Shown in pieces: positions 1-15,930 of a stretch of DNA of 64,000 nucleotides; the stretch's first letter is position 1, and every line of letters begins with the position of its first letter. This stretch comes from the human T2T-CHM13v2.0 reference genome, Homo sapiens. The notes under the pieces are model-generated. The model was not told where the DNA came from, did not search any database, and saw only the letters and a program-made list of their open reading frames with translations. The translations under genes and the position numbers were made by a program. Where the stretch lies: NCBI RefSeq assembly GCF_009914755.1, contig NC_060929.1. One strand, 5' to 3'.

Positions 1-107
1 GACTTGAACCAATATCTAGTGAAATTGAGATTTTATTACTCTATTTTGATGTGCATACCTACTTATAAGCATTTTACTCTACAATTTTTTCACTTCTTTT
101 GTTAAAA

Positions 108-936
108 TGAATGCTATGGGAGTTACTTAAAATATTTGTGTCTTTAGAGTCTCTGATCACAGTATTGTGTAAACCTGCTTCTTCCAGGGTGAATGTTTCC
201 TCTTGCAATTCAAGTAAAATAAGACCTGGTGCCAGGGAAAAGGAAGAGTTTTTTGAGACCCTTGGCAATTTCCAATGAAGTTTTTGATGTTCTTTACCCA
301 AAACTTGTGGGATGCAGCCCAAGCAAGGCTTAGAGAAATGTATACCTATAAGTGCCTATGAGAAGTATTTGCTTTCTGGATGATCCCTTTCCAGTTGGCT
401 AGCCAGATCTGTAATGCAGTGATGGGTTCCAGATTGCTTAGTGGGACAACAGACAGATCATTTTTATTCTCATCTTCACTACTCTTTGCTTTAAAGATAT
501 TTTCCACGTGGCACTTCCCAGTCTGTGATTTCTTCCTAAGAAGGACTGGAATACAGGCTTCATAGACAAACACACTTCATTATTTTTTTATCTTCAACTT
601 TAGCATCCACATTCTCTTTATCAAAAATTCTCCCGTAGTTTTAAAAAGTAAATCTCTATTATAATAGATTTCAGAAATTTCTAACTTGCAACATCAGAAT
701 AATGTCTGAAGTCATTAGTGATTGATAATTCATCTTCTTATAATTTTATACTGACATTTACCAATCATGTTATGTGAGTGACAAGCAGCTAGCACCCATC
801 TTCTGAGCTTCCTCTAAAGGCCATTTATAAAATATTCACAACTCATTTTTTGATTATCACTTATAGGTTGGCTGTCAGATCCTGTTTTCCAAGCCCATTC
901 TTTTTTGATTCTTTCAAAAGCATCTACTTCTTTCAT
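108..936 (-). pseudogene. Processed (intronless) pseudogene of UBXN2A (SEP + UBX domain p97 cofactor), full CDS relic, disabled
   Basis: Manual minus-strand translation from ATG at 936: MKEVDAFERIKKEWAWKTGSDSQPISDNQKMSCEYFINGL, frameshift, EEAQKMGASCLS..VNVSIKL*..NDFRHYSDVAS*KFLKSI..IFDKENVDAKVEDKK..NEVCLSMKPVFQSFLGRNHRLGSAT..KAKSSEDENKNDLSVVPLSNLEPITALQIWLANWKGIIQKANTSHR..VKNIKNFIGNCQGSQKTLPFSLAPGLILLELQEETFTLEEAGLHNTVI. Colinear with recalled UBXN2A (MKDVDNLKSIKEEWVCETGSDNQP...[35 protein letters not shown]...TLEEADLQNAVI). No introns, several stops and frameshifts. Confidence 0.93.
299..355 (+). mobile_element. 57-bp L1 ORF2-derived cassette inside the pseudogene (antisense to it)
   Basis: caaaacttgtgggatgcagcccaagcaaggcttagagaaatgtatacctataagtgc aligns to L1 ORF2; the homologous stretch is in this window at 44528 (cagaatctctgggacatagctaaagcag) and 44711 (ttaagagaaaagcttatagtgc). 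Confidence 0.8.
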
Positions 937-1087
937 TCTTGTTTGCCTCACGCTGGATATCATGGTCTCATTAATTTCTTCAGGGGCCGTGGAGCCCTGC
1001 CACAGCTTTCAATGGGCTTGGCATTGATCCAAGGCCAATTCACAGGATCCCTTAGACATGGAGCACTACTGTCCTGAAACCAGCCCC
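937..1087 (-). other. Probable 5' UTR relic of the UBXN2A retrocopy
   Basis: Noticeably GC-richer segment immediately upstream of the ATG, ending abruptly where T-rich L1-like sequence begins; inference only. Confidence 0.5.
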
Positions 1088-1089
1088 TT

Positions 1090-3900
1090 TGTTTTCAATT
1101 TAGAACATGTAGTGATATGTTTGCATTAAACACAGGAATTTTTAGAAGTTCTTTGTATTTAGTAAATAATATATTCTATTTTTATTTTTCTGTTTAAAAA
1201 TATAAAACTTTCTTTAGCATTTGCTTTACTTTAGCATTTACTACAAGACTGTAGTATAATACAATTTTGTTAGAGATGATTTCAGATTTTTTCTGTCATA
1301 TCTATATTTTGTATCTTTTTATATAGATCGATATAAAATTTTTATTCTTATTTTTGAAATATATTTACACAGAAAATATATTTCTAGTTTTACTTTTTCT
1401 TTAGGTTTCTAAAGACAATTTTATTTTCTTCTGGTTTCCATTGTTTCTGTGAGAATTCAGCAATTATTCTTACCATCAATCTATACCATATCTTAATTTT
1501 CTCTAGCTGGCTTCAAATTTTTCTATTTTTTAGTTTTCATTGGTTTGATTATGCTATACCTGGCTGTGTTTTTCTTTTTTTTTTTTTTTATCACACTTCA
1601 AGTACTCCAAATTTTTTTGAATTTATATCTATTTGCTTGTTCATTTTCAAATATTTGTAAACTTTTTGACCCTTATCTCTTCAAATATTTATTGTGACCC
1701 ATTTTCTGTTTCTTTCCTCTCTTCCTGGGTCTCCAATACTTGTATATTTGAATGTTTTAATATAGTTCCATGAATTTAAAATAATCCATTTCCTTTATTT
1801 CCACTCTTGTGCTCCAGGTAAGATACTTAATAGTACAAGTTGACTAATTCTTCAAGTTAACTAGTTCAAGTTCACTAATTATTTCCACTGCTGTAACTAT
1901 TTTGGCCATAGATATAGTTCACTGATTCTTCAGGTTTACTAATTCTTTCCACTGCTGTATCTATTCTGGCTGTAAGCCAATCTTAGTGATTCCTCATCTA
2001 TTTTTCACTCTCCCTCTCTCTCAATTTATGTTCTCTTTATTGGGCTCCTCTCACAGTGTTTATTTTTATATTTTCTAAAATCCCCTAACAATTCATGTAT
2101 GTTGCTCACCTTTCTACTCTTTTTGATATAGCGTATGTAATTTCATCTCTGATTATTTTTTGGGTTCCTGATAATTCTAACTTCTAGCTTGGTTCTATTG
2201 TTTATCCCTTCATGATGATGGGTCATGTATCCTTGTTTTTTAATGTGTCGTATATACTTTGTGTGTAAAGGTAGAGAAAACCTGAGGTAAATACAATTTA
2301 TGCCCAGATATAGGTACATTGCTTCTGTTACTGTGGAGGTGTTGAGTCATTCTAATTTGTGGTTGAACGTGGTTTAGGCTTTGCAATTACTTCTGTCTCT
2401 CATCACATCCAGGACTAGAGTATGGGGCTGGTTTTCCTGCCCTCCACTATGGTCAGCCAACTACTACTGCCTTGTAGTAATGTTGGGTTTGGTAAATAGG
2501 CAAGTTGTGTTAGGTTTTCCTTCTTTATCCTCAAATATTGGCAAGTCATGCATCCTTGCTATTGCTATTTCTACTCTGTTTTCAATCCTATTTATATATT
2601 CAGTACACCATAGATTTGATAATCCTCTCGTGATCGACTGCAGCTGTCTTAGCTTAGTATGGGGTGTGGAATGCTGGAGGATTTCTTTCTGTGTTTTCCT
2701 GTCTGGCCTTCAGTTTTTAGCAGGCCTAGGAAGACTTTGCTAAAAAGGAGTTCTTTCTGAGCTTTTGCTCCTCTCTCAGCAGTAGGGCATTTCTGCTTCC
2801 TCAACGTAAGACTAACATTGAGAAGAAAGGTTTTCAGTTTCCCTGCTTCCAAGTCAGCCAGGTGCAGATCCTGTTTCTTTGAGCCAAGCCTTAGCCTCTC
2901 TCAGCACTCCTACTCTTTCATGGCAAACAACTTCTTCTTCCCATTCAGTTCAAGGTCCTGAGAACAAAGAGTGTTCCTACCACTGCCCCAGGGTGGCAGG
3001 TCTTTGCCTCATTTCAGTGCAATGTCAGAAATGAGTGTGATTTCCTTTCAGTCTTTAATAACAGACAACTGAATACCATAGATTCAAAGAATCTATAATG
3101 GGTATATTTTCTGTACTTTCCATAGCAGCAGAGAGCTTTCACCTTGGGTCAATGCAGAGTCTCGGGCAGGCAGGTTTTCTGTCTCTTTCCCAGTGGTAGC
3201 CAACCTTGGCCTTTCATTAGTTTGCACAGTTGAGGATACTGATCATTTTTGTCTCTCCCCCAGTGACGTATAAATTCTTTCTTATGGAAATGAAGCATCT
3301 GGAGCAGATGAGGTTCCATTTTCCCCTCCAGTAGCAGAGAACTTCTGCCTCTCATCGCATCCAGGACAAGAGTATGGGGCCAGTTTTCAGGCCCACCACT
3401 ATGGGAAGCCAACTATTGCCTTGTAGTAATGTTGGTTTTGGTAAACAGGCAAGCTGTGTTAGATTTTCCTTCTTCACCCTCAAATACTGGCAAGTCATGC
3501 ATCCTTACAGTTGATATTTCTATCCTGTTTTCAATCCTACTCATAAACACTTGATCTGGGAAAAGGGATAACAACCGGATAGAAATCTTCTCTTTTGTCT
3601 GGAGCTTTCAGAGATCCTAAACTCTCATGCTACTCCCACAATAGATCAGTAGCCCATTAAAATTTAGCCTGTTTTGCCCAAATTAATTTTATATTATCAA
3701 AATCTATTTCCCATTATTATGTCTTAGGTAAAATGCTTTATGAATTGCATCTCTTCTTGGAAATACTTGTCATCTGTTGGATTTTTTTTTTTCACCATGT
3801 ATTCTTATGATCTTACTCTTTTGTTGATAATTAGGCTTGTTCTTATTTTTTTAAGGTAGTAACAAAGTTTTCTTGTTACTTTATTTAATGCAAAAAAAAG
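1090..3900 (-). mobile_element. Old L1M fragment (ORF1 and 5' region, antisense), highly decayed
   Basis: T-rich strand bias; L1M ORF1 antisense motifs (ttctggtttccattgtttctgtgagaattcagc; ccttatctcttcaaatattt; caagttcactaattc). Boundaries approximate. Confidence 0.65.
2389..3545 (+). repeat. ~200-bp direct repeat pair (2389-2595 and 3341-3545)
   Basis: Both copies read acttctgYctctcatcRcatccaggacWagagtatggggc...gccttgtagtaatgttgg...caagtcatgcatcctt...tgttttcaatccta. Confidence 0.9.
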
Positions 3901-5554
3901 AAATCTCACTTTAAATTTTTAAAATTTAATGAACGAAAGATATAAGGTGTTAATGTATAAAATTTTCCTGCTTTGCAACTTTACTAATGAATATTTTCTC
4001 TAGCCACATTTTTTCTCATTCTACCTCTCATAAGCATGAAAATTTGGATGTTTGACTTAGTTCCATGCTAAAAAGCTTAGAATTTGGTAAGTTAGGAACC
4101 CCTTTACTTAGTTATGTGACTTTTAATTAAGTTTATCAGCTTACGTATTTCCAAAAAGCTACAAAGTAGAGAGAAAGAACTGAATTATTTATAATAATTC
4201 TGATAAAGCATTTTTATACTGTACAAATAGTCATACAAGTATGCCTATATCTATTATATCTATTTATTGGGCATCTATGATACTTGTATGGGTAATTTAG
4301 TTATTAATATCAATGAAATGATGTGAAGAACCAGACAGCTAATTAAAAATACAATTATTAAAGTGTAGTTGTAAAAATGTAAAGTTTCTTCCATCACAGA
4401 TGAGGTTGCATCTTGAAAACATGATGGAAATGGGTATACCATGAAAATATAAAGATTTTAATTTATAACTTTGACAAATTCGTGTAATATTTTGACTCAT
4501 GTTTTGCTTGTTAAGAAAGTCTATGTTATGAGACCAACTTAAAACCATGTATAAAGGGTTCTATTCCTTTTCTTCCCCCTTATCTTCTAAGTGGGTTCTT
4601 CAAATGCATGAATTTGAAGAACCATGGAGTTTTTCAAGGTTGATAGTTGAAAATTGTACTTATGATACTTCTCATTTTCATGCAAAGGCCTTTCAAACTA
4701 TGAAAATTTTTACGACTACTACTACTATTAGTGAAATAAATCAATCTACAAATGAGACAGTGTTTCATGTTACATATGCATCAGGATAATCCAAATATCA
4801 TCATAGTACACTTGAAAAACCGTGAAAGACAATATTTTCCCTAGATTCTTCACTTCTCCACCTTTAGTACCATCACCTCTTCACAAAAAGACACTTTTGG
4901 ATACATGCATTTCTCTCCTGGAGTAGCCAGTTAATATGAATTTTTTTTCAAGTGAATTGGTGGATGAAGTGTCTGTTGAGTCACTAATATTTGTTATATG
5001 GCATCATGAGGCAATCTAGTTTATTAAGAGTATTTTTAAGATGTCATTAGTCATTTTTTAAGATCCTGCGTTTCTTTTTTTATTAAATTAAATGCCTAAA
5101 ATGTATGGATCATTAAACTTTGCATTCAAACTAAAGGACAATAAATAAGTATTAAGAAAGAAAGAGTACTAAGACACTAAAGAAGAGAAAGTCCTTTTAT
5201 TGACTTTTCAGAGGTAAAGCTTAACTAAATGAATTATAAACAGATGACTTTGAATATTGATAATACTTTTGCAAATCTCTAAAGTAGTCGTTCTATCTGT
5301 AATAATAAAAATGACAATCTTTTCAGCTAGAGGCTTATTTCAAATAATAGTAATCTGTAAATGCTTTTTCAAGGAAAACTAATAATCATATTTTTATTTC
5401 TTAGACATGCTGAAGTAACAGTAAGTTACTCATGGATTTTAATGTGACATGCATATTTTCAAGCCATGCTTAGCAATTCTAGACACCCCACTATATGCTT
5501 TATAGCTTCTCAGAGCTCCTCGACATATTTATCAGGTTATTTTTAATACCAAAC

Positions 5555-6425
5555 TTTTTATTAAATTTATAACCTAAATCCAGAACAGTGCATATTCATA
5601 ATCACACCAGTGATACACTTATATAAACACACCTGTGACTGGCACACACAAGAAGAAACAGAACACAACCTGATGTCACAAAGCCTCCCTCATATACTTT
5701 TGTTGTTGGTAATAACAATGGTGCCCCCACCACTCCCAATAAAAGAGTAATCACAATCCTCACATCTAAGATCATAGTCATTTTTGTCTGTTTTTACACT
5801 TGATGTTAAAAAGATCATCAATAGGTACTATTTATGTCTCGCTTAATTTGCTCAATATTTTGCATGTGGCATATATCTACAGTGTTGCATGTGGTTGTAG
5901 TTTCTTCATTCTCAATGATGCCCAGGGCTCAATTGCATAAAGATATCACAATTTATTAATTGGTGCTACTGTGGATGGACATTTGTCTTCTTTCCAGATT
6001 TTAGCTATTATTAGTTCATTGCTATGAATGGTCTTTTCTTGTATTTTGTTGAACATATATGGTAAGTATATACACAGAAGAAAAGCTACTTGGTTACAGG
6101 TGTAAGTAGGTTGGCTTTAATAGATACTACTATCTTTTTAAGGTGACTTTACCAGTTTGCATTTTCTGTAACAGTATATGAGAATTTCAGTTGCTCCATG
6201 TTCTCCACACACATGCAATTCTCTGTCACTTGCACTTACTCTTCTGGTGAGATCACATTTCTGTTTTAATTTGCATTTTCTACTTTATGACAAATGACAT
6301 AAAGGCACCTTTTCATATATTTGGTGACCATTGGATATTTTATGAAGAGCTTATTTGAATCATTTGCAAATTTTTCTGTTGGCGATTTATCACTTTGTGA
6401 AAGTTCTTCATATATTCTGAACACC
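5555..6425 (-). mobile_element. L1MC/ME-type 3' end, antisense
   Basis: Typical motifs ctactgtggatggacatttg..ttccagattttagctatta, gagaatttcagttgctccatg, ttttaatttgcatttt. Confidence 0.7.
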
Positions 6426-7649
6426 TCCCTCTCCCCGCCACCACCCATATATATCAAATTCTACCTCTGATATAGTCTCCATTTATATACTAACCATTTC
6501 TTCTTTTACCTTTCTTTTTTCTACTTCATCCATCACCTCACACCCGTTCGATTTTAGTTGTCTGTTAACTGATCCACGTGACTTTAGTCTGTCTCCCTTT
6601 CTCCAAATCATACCATACAAGACTAACAGATAAAGCTCTTAAAAAGGAGTATCGCTTCATGTGAGCAATCAACTTAAACTTCTTCAATAGTAAAGTCTTT
6701 ATATGCAGAGAAAGCCATACAAAATCTGATTGGGACTTAACTACTCCTTAATCATTTGGTATAGTTAGAACATGGCATCCAATTACATACAATATTTATG
6801 GTAGCAAAGAAAAATTGTATTTAAAGACTTGGTCTATAGTTACATTTTGTTAAATAAGTAAGCACCCTCATCTCTGTAAATGTTTACACTTATTTTTCCG
6901 TAATTACAACTTGTTAGTTTTACATTCTTACTTGCAAGGCTTTTGAAAGCTTGAATAGAGAGTGATTAAAGTATTATAATGTCTAATCTCAAAATATTGT
7001 ATTCTTCATTCAATCATTGTCTGTGCTCTAATATATGTCTTATTACTTCAGAAATAATACATATTTGTACATTTTCCTGAAATTATTTGAGTTATCTTAG
7101 GGTAAAACATAGAATGGCAACAGGGAATTTATTTCAATATTTTTATGCAGAAAAATAATATTTTAAAATTCCCATGTGATTATACTACATTTTTGTCGGA
7201 GCCTTGAAGGTTTGTATTAAATATAAGTCATGATAAGACCTCAGAAGATTTAAGAAAATCTTGGAGTCATTTATGTCCAATTTCTCTTGAATTATCTACA
7301 GTGGAATATGTAATGGTTTCATCAAAAAAATTCAAATCTAAAGAAAAGATAGTTATTTTTTTGTCCAAGGAAAAGCTTTTTATACCAAATTTCAGCTAAG
7401 ACTATTTTAAGATTTTTTTTTCTCTAATGAAGTTTTTCATGTGAATCAGAGTCTATTTTAAGTCACTCGTTTTCATTGCAAAGAACACTATACACATCAT
7501 ATTTATTTTTATATCCCATTTTTGTTCATGTTATCTACTATTTTGGTTCCAAAAAGATTACCTAGAATAAAGTAGATGCTTAAAAAATATTGCTTTAAAG
7601 AGACTAGCATGTCCTCTCTGTATAGCTGTATATTATTCATCACAATACT

Positions 7650-7795
7650 CAACCTCTCAATTCCCTGGCCCTTGTCTGTAAAATGTCAATAAAGAAGTAT
7701 ATACTGCACTGGGTTATTAAGATTAAATAAAATATCAAACATAAAGCAATATAAAGTGCTGAACACATTATAAACTACTAATAAGTCTTAGCTTT
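7650..7795 (+). mobile_element. MIR remnant
   Basis: tctgtaaaatg...ggttattaagattaaataa...ctaataagtcttagct resembles the MIR core and 3' end. Confidence 0.55.
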
Positions 7796-7848
7796 CCTTA
7801 TTTTCTTATTAAAATTTTTTTCAGTACGTTTTTTAAAAGAAGAATCTT

Positions 7849-8167
7849 GGCTGGGTGCAGTGGTTCACACCTGTAATCCTAGCAATTTGGGAGACTGAGG
7901 TGGCTGGATCACCTGAGGTGGGGAGTTTGAGACCAGCCTGGCAAACATGGTGAAACCCCATCTCTACTAAAAATAATAAAAATTAGGTGGGCGTGGGGGC
8001 AGGTGCCTGTAATCCCAACAACTCGGGAGGCTGAGGCAGGAGAATCACTTGAACCCAGGAGTCAGAGGTTGCAGTGAGCCAAAATTGCACCATTGCACTC
8101 CAGCCTGGACGACAAGAGCAAAACTTTGTCTCAAAAAAAAAAAAAAAAAAAGAAAAGAAAAAGAAAA
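7849..8167 (+). mobile_element. AluS (Sq/Sp-like)
   Basis: Dimeric Alu with poly-A; acaagagcaaaact diagnostic; TSD aaaagaagWatctt. Confidence 0.95.
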
Positions 8168-8197
8168 AAAAGAAGTATCTTAAGTAGTATATGTTAC

Positions 8198-8549
8198 TGA
8201 TATGGTTCAGCTGTGTCCCCACCCAAATCTCACCTTGAATTGTAACTCCCACAATTCCCAAGTGTTGTGTGAGGAAACCGGTGGGAGGTGATTGAATTAT
8301 GTGGGTGGGTCTTTCCTGGGCTGTTCTTGTGATAGTGAATGAATATCATGAGATCTGATTGGTTTATCAAGGTTTCCACTTTTGCTTCTTCCTCATTTTC
8401 TCTTGCCACCACCATGTAAGAAGTGCCTTTCACCTCCTGCCATGATTCTGAGGCCTCCTCAGCCATGTGGAACTGTAAGTCCAAATAAACCTGTTTTTCT
8501 TCCCAGTTTCAGGATGTCTTTATCAGCAGCATGAAAACAGACTAATACA
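8198..8549 (+). mobile_element. THE1A-like solo LTR (MaLR)
   Basis: tgatatggttcagctgtgtccccaccc...gactaataca; 5-bp TSD GTTAC (8193-8197, 8550-8554). Confidence 0.92.
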
Positions 8550-8579
8550 GTTACTATATCAGTTTTGGCTATTTACTAA

Positions 8580-8711
8580 ATCAATTCCACTATGAAAATA
8601 TAAAGGCTTTGCTAACATAACATGACTGGGAACCTAATGCTGCCTGAGGCAGTTTCCATGGGAAGCTCCGAAAGTGTTTTGAATAATGGCAACAGTATTG
8701 TAATAAGTGTA
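8580..8711. mobile_element. Possible MARNA (mariner-like) remnant
   Basis: aagtgttttgaataatggcaacagtattgtaataagtgtat resembles recalled MARNA consensus. Confidence 0.35.
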
Positions 8712-9390
8712 TGTAATAGTTTCCTAGAGATACCTTTAAAAATTACCAGAAACTGGGTGGTTTAACACAAAAAAATTATTCTTTTACAGTTCTGGAGGCT
8801 AAAAGCCAAAATTAAGGTAGGACTCTTTCCTTCTGGAGGCTCTGTAAGAGAATCTGTCCCATGTGTCTCTCCTAGCCTCTGATAGTCATCTATAATCATT
8901 GGCATTCTTTGGCTTGCAGCTGCGTCACTTGAACTCTGTCTCCCTCATCTCATGTCCTTCTTCCTGTGTGTGTCTGTGTCCAAATTACCATTTTTGAGGA
9001 CAGTAGCCATTGGATATGGCCCACATAAATTCAGTATGACCTCATCTGAACTCAATTACATCTAAAAAATATTATTTCCAAATAAGGTTACGTTCATAGG
9101 ATGTATTGATATCCAGAAAATTTCTGTTCAAATGCCCATGGGATTATACTACACTGCTGTGCTAGTGTTCCAAAGATGTGTACCCAATATAAGTCTTAAT
9201 AAGACCCCAGAGGATTTAAGAAAATTTTGGAGTCATTTCTTTATGATTTCTTTTGCATTCTCTACTGTGGAACATGCAATGGTTTTGTTTCATTTTAAAA
9301 ACTCAGCTCTAATAAAAGATAGATGTTTATTCAAATTTCAGGGGTAGGACTTAAATTTATAATTTTGAAGAGAAAATTTAATTCACAACA
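8712..9390 (-). mobile_element. MLT1 (C/D-like) solo LTR interrupted by a ~235-bp non-LTR insert
   Basis: aaattaccagaaactgggtggtttaa..acagttctggaggc..ttccaaataaggttacgttcatagg, then foreign DNA 9101-9335, then caggggtaggactt..aattcacaaca LTR end. Confidence 0.8.
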
Positions 9391-9530
9391 ATGTGTAACA
9401 TCCTTTTTTAGATATAGAACTCAGTTAACATTTCAAAGTTATGTTAGTTTCTTGAGAAGATATATCTTGAAATAACTTTATATTGTTATTTCTAACAAAT
9501 TGATTTTTAAGCCAATGCAATAATAAATTG

Positions 9531-9878
9531 TCAGTGTGGAGGGGAAATGTGGGGTTGGAGCCCCCACACAGAGTCCACACTGGGGCACTGTGAGAAGAGG
9601 GCTACTGTCCTCCTGACCCCAGAATGGTAGATACACGAACAGTTTACACAATGTGCCTGTAAAAGCTGCAGGCCATCAACACCAGCCCTTGAGAGCAGCC
9701 GTGGGGGCTAAGCCCTGCAGAGCCACCGAGGCAGAGCTGCCTAAGGCCTTGGGAGCCCACTCCTTCCATCAGTGGGACCTGAATGTGAGAGATGGAGTCA
9801 AAGAAGATAATTTCAGAGCTTTAAGATTTAACAACTGCCCTGCTGGGTTTTGGACTTGCATGGGGCCTGTAGCACCTT
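9531..9878 (+). mobile_element. Isolated MST/THE1 internal fragment
   Basis: Homologous to 25085-25445 of the THE1 internal region (ggaaatgtggggttggagcccccacacagagtcc...ttttggacttgcatggggcctgtagc). Confidence 0.9.
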
Positions 9879-10348
9879 ACTTAGTGTATCTCTTCAGTGT
9901 AGTATACATATTTCAAATGAGCTTTATAAATGTTCGGAAAGCAATTATCAACTCATTTAGAGACTTCCAGTTAAAACACAATAAAAAAACATAGCAAAAA
10001 TATGCACATACATTAAAACTTCATGGGAATAAGATGATTTGCTGTAAATTGAAGTAAGTTTCCTTGGTTTAGTAGTGGGACCTGGTGTCTATATAAGAAT
10101 ATAATTTTAAGAATTCAGCTTTGAGGATACATATGTATGTAGAAACAGGCAGAAGTTAGCATTGGACTAAATGATTAAAGTGAATGAGACAAGATATAAA
10201 TTTTCATTCATTCAAGCTATGCTGGTCACTCTGATGGATATGAGAAAGAAAATAAAAATATAATTACATGTGTTGTAATTATCTACCAAATGTATTATAA
10301 AATAAGAAATACTTAGTTTATTGAAAAACACTTTAGGTTAAAAATCCA

Positions 10349-10381
10349 TCTCTCTCTCTTTCTCCCTCTCTCTCTCACACA

Positions 10382-10414
<33 letters not shown>
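10349..10414. repeat. (CT)n(CA)n compound microsatellite
   Basis: Directly visible. Confidence 0.95.
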
Positions 10415-10416
<2 letters not shown>

Positions 10417-11090
10417 TTTATGTATATATTTTTATCTTACACCAAATACCAAAGGCTTTTATTTATAAGTCTACTATCTTGCTCCCAAGTCTCACCCACC
10501 TCACTGGACTCACTTTAATATCTTGAACTCCTAACATGTCTTTCACAGGTTTTTCTTTTCTTTTTCCTTTTTTTCGTATAATTCCTTAGTCATTTTATTT
10601 TCTATTACATATTTATAATTCTTTTCAATCTCAGAAAATTTTTCTCTAAATTTCTTAAAGTTCTATAATATCTGCAACTAGATGAAATTTCATATTTTTC
10701 TATTTTAGATTCATAATTTATTTTGCATAGTATAATTTAGTACTTTTTTATCTCATATTTGTAAATATTTGATTTTTTAACTTGAATTTAGGGTGACTTG
10801 TGTATTATTGCTTTGGTTCGAAAAATAACTCTTCCCATTTCCTCTTCAAATGTGCAGGTTTTTAAAATGCATTCATTAATTCATACTCTACTCATGTACA
10901 ATGGATAGTTATGTACAATGGATACTCATGTAAAATGGATAGTTATTTCTAAATATTTTGCCAATAGTTAATAATAATATTTTACTCCATTAAAACCTAG
11001 AATATTTTTCCCCTCTGGAATTAAAAATAGTGTGACAATGCAAGCATAGAGTATTTTACAGTAGCTAACATATATTGTGTGCAGTTTCTA

Positions 11091-11635
11091 TATACCTTTT
11101 GACCCGGTAGTCCCACTACTAAGTATATGCTTAAAGAAATTTAAATCATTCTACCATAAAGTCATATGTACACATACGTTCACTGCAGCAGTATTCACAA
11201 AAGCAAAAACATAGAATCAACCAAAATGCCCATCAACAGTTGACTGGATAAAGAAAATGTGATAGATATACACCATTATATACTATGCAGTTATGAAAAA
11301 GAATGAGATCATATCTGTTGCAGGAACATGGATGGAACTGTAGGCTATTATCCTTAGCAAACTAATGCAGGAACAGAAAAATAAATACTGCATGTTCTCA
11401 CTTATAAGTGGGAGCTAAATAATGAAACCCCATGATCAGAAAGTAGGAAACAACAGACGCTCGGGCCTAGTTGCAGGAGGAGGTTGGGAGGAGCTACAGG
11501 TTCAGGAAAAAAACAACTTGATACTGTGTTTAGTACCTGAGGGATAAAATAATCTGTGCAGCAAAGCCCCAAGTCATGAGTTTATTTACATAAGAAACCT
11601 GCACATGTATCCCTGCACCTAAAGAAAAGTTAAAA
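11091..11635 (+). mobile_element. L1 3' end (L1PA15/16-L1PB-like), 5' truncated
   Basis: ORF2 end and 3' UTR motifs: gactggataaagaaaatgtg, catgttctcacttataagtgggagctaaa, aacctgcacatgtatccc. Confidence 0.88.
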
Positions 11636-11644
11636 TATTTAAAA

Positions 11645-15930
<4,286 letters not shown>

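Noticed and set aside
74-573. ORFs 74-322 and 346-573 as functional genes
   Set aside because: They are frameshift-bounded fragments of the UBXN2A pseudogene.
2389-3545. Direct repeats as LTRs of a novel element or a CRISPR-like array
   Set aside because: No TG..CA ends, PBS, PPT or TSD; the inner units are too degenerate and irregular; eukaryotic L1 context.
5405-5420. Possible 16-nt micro-exon (tttttatttcttag|ACATGCTGAAGTAACA|gtaagt)
   Set aside because: Not a multiple of 3, no partner exons seen, and such matches are expected by chance in AT-rich DNA.
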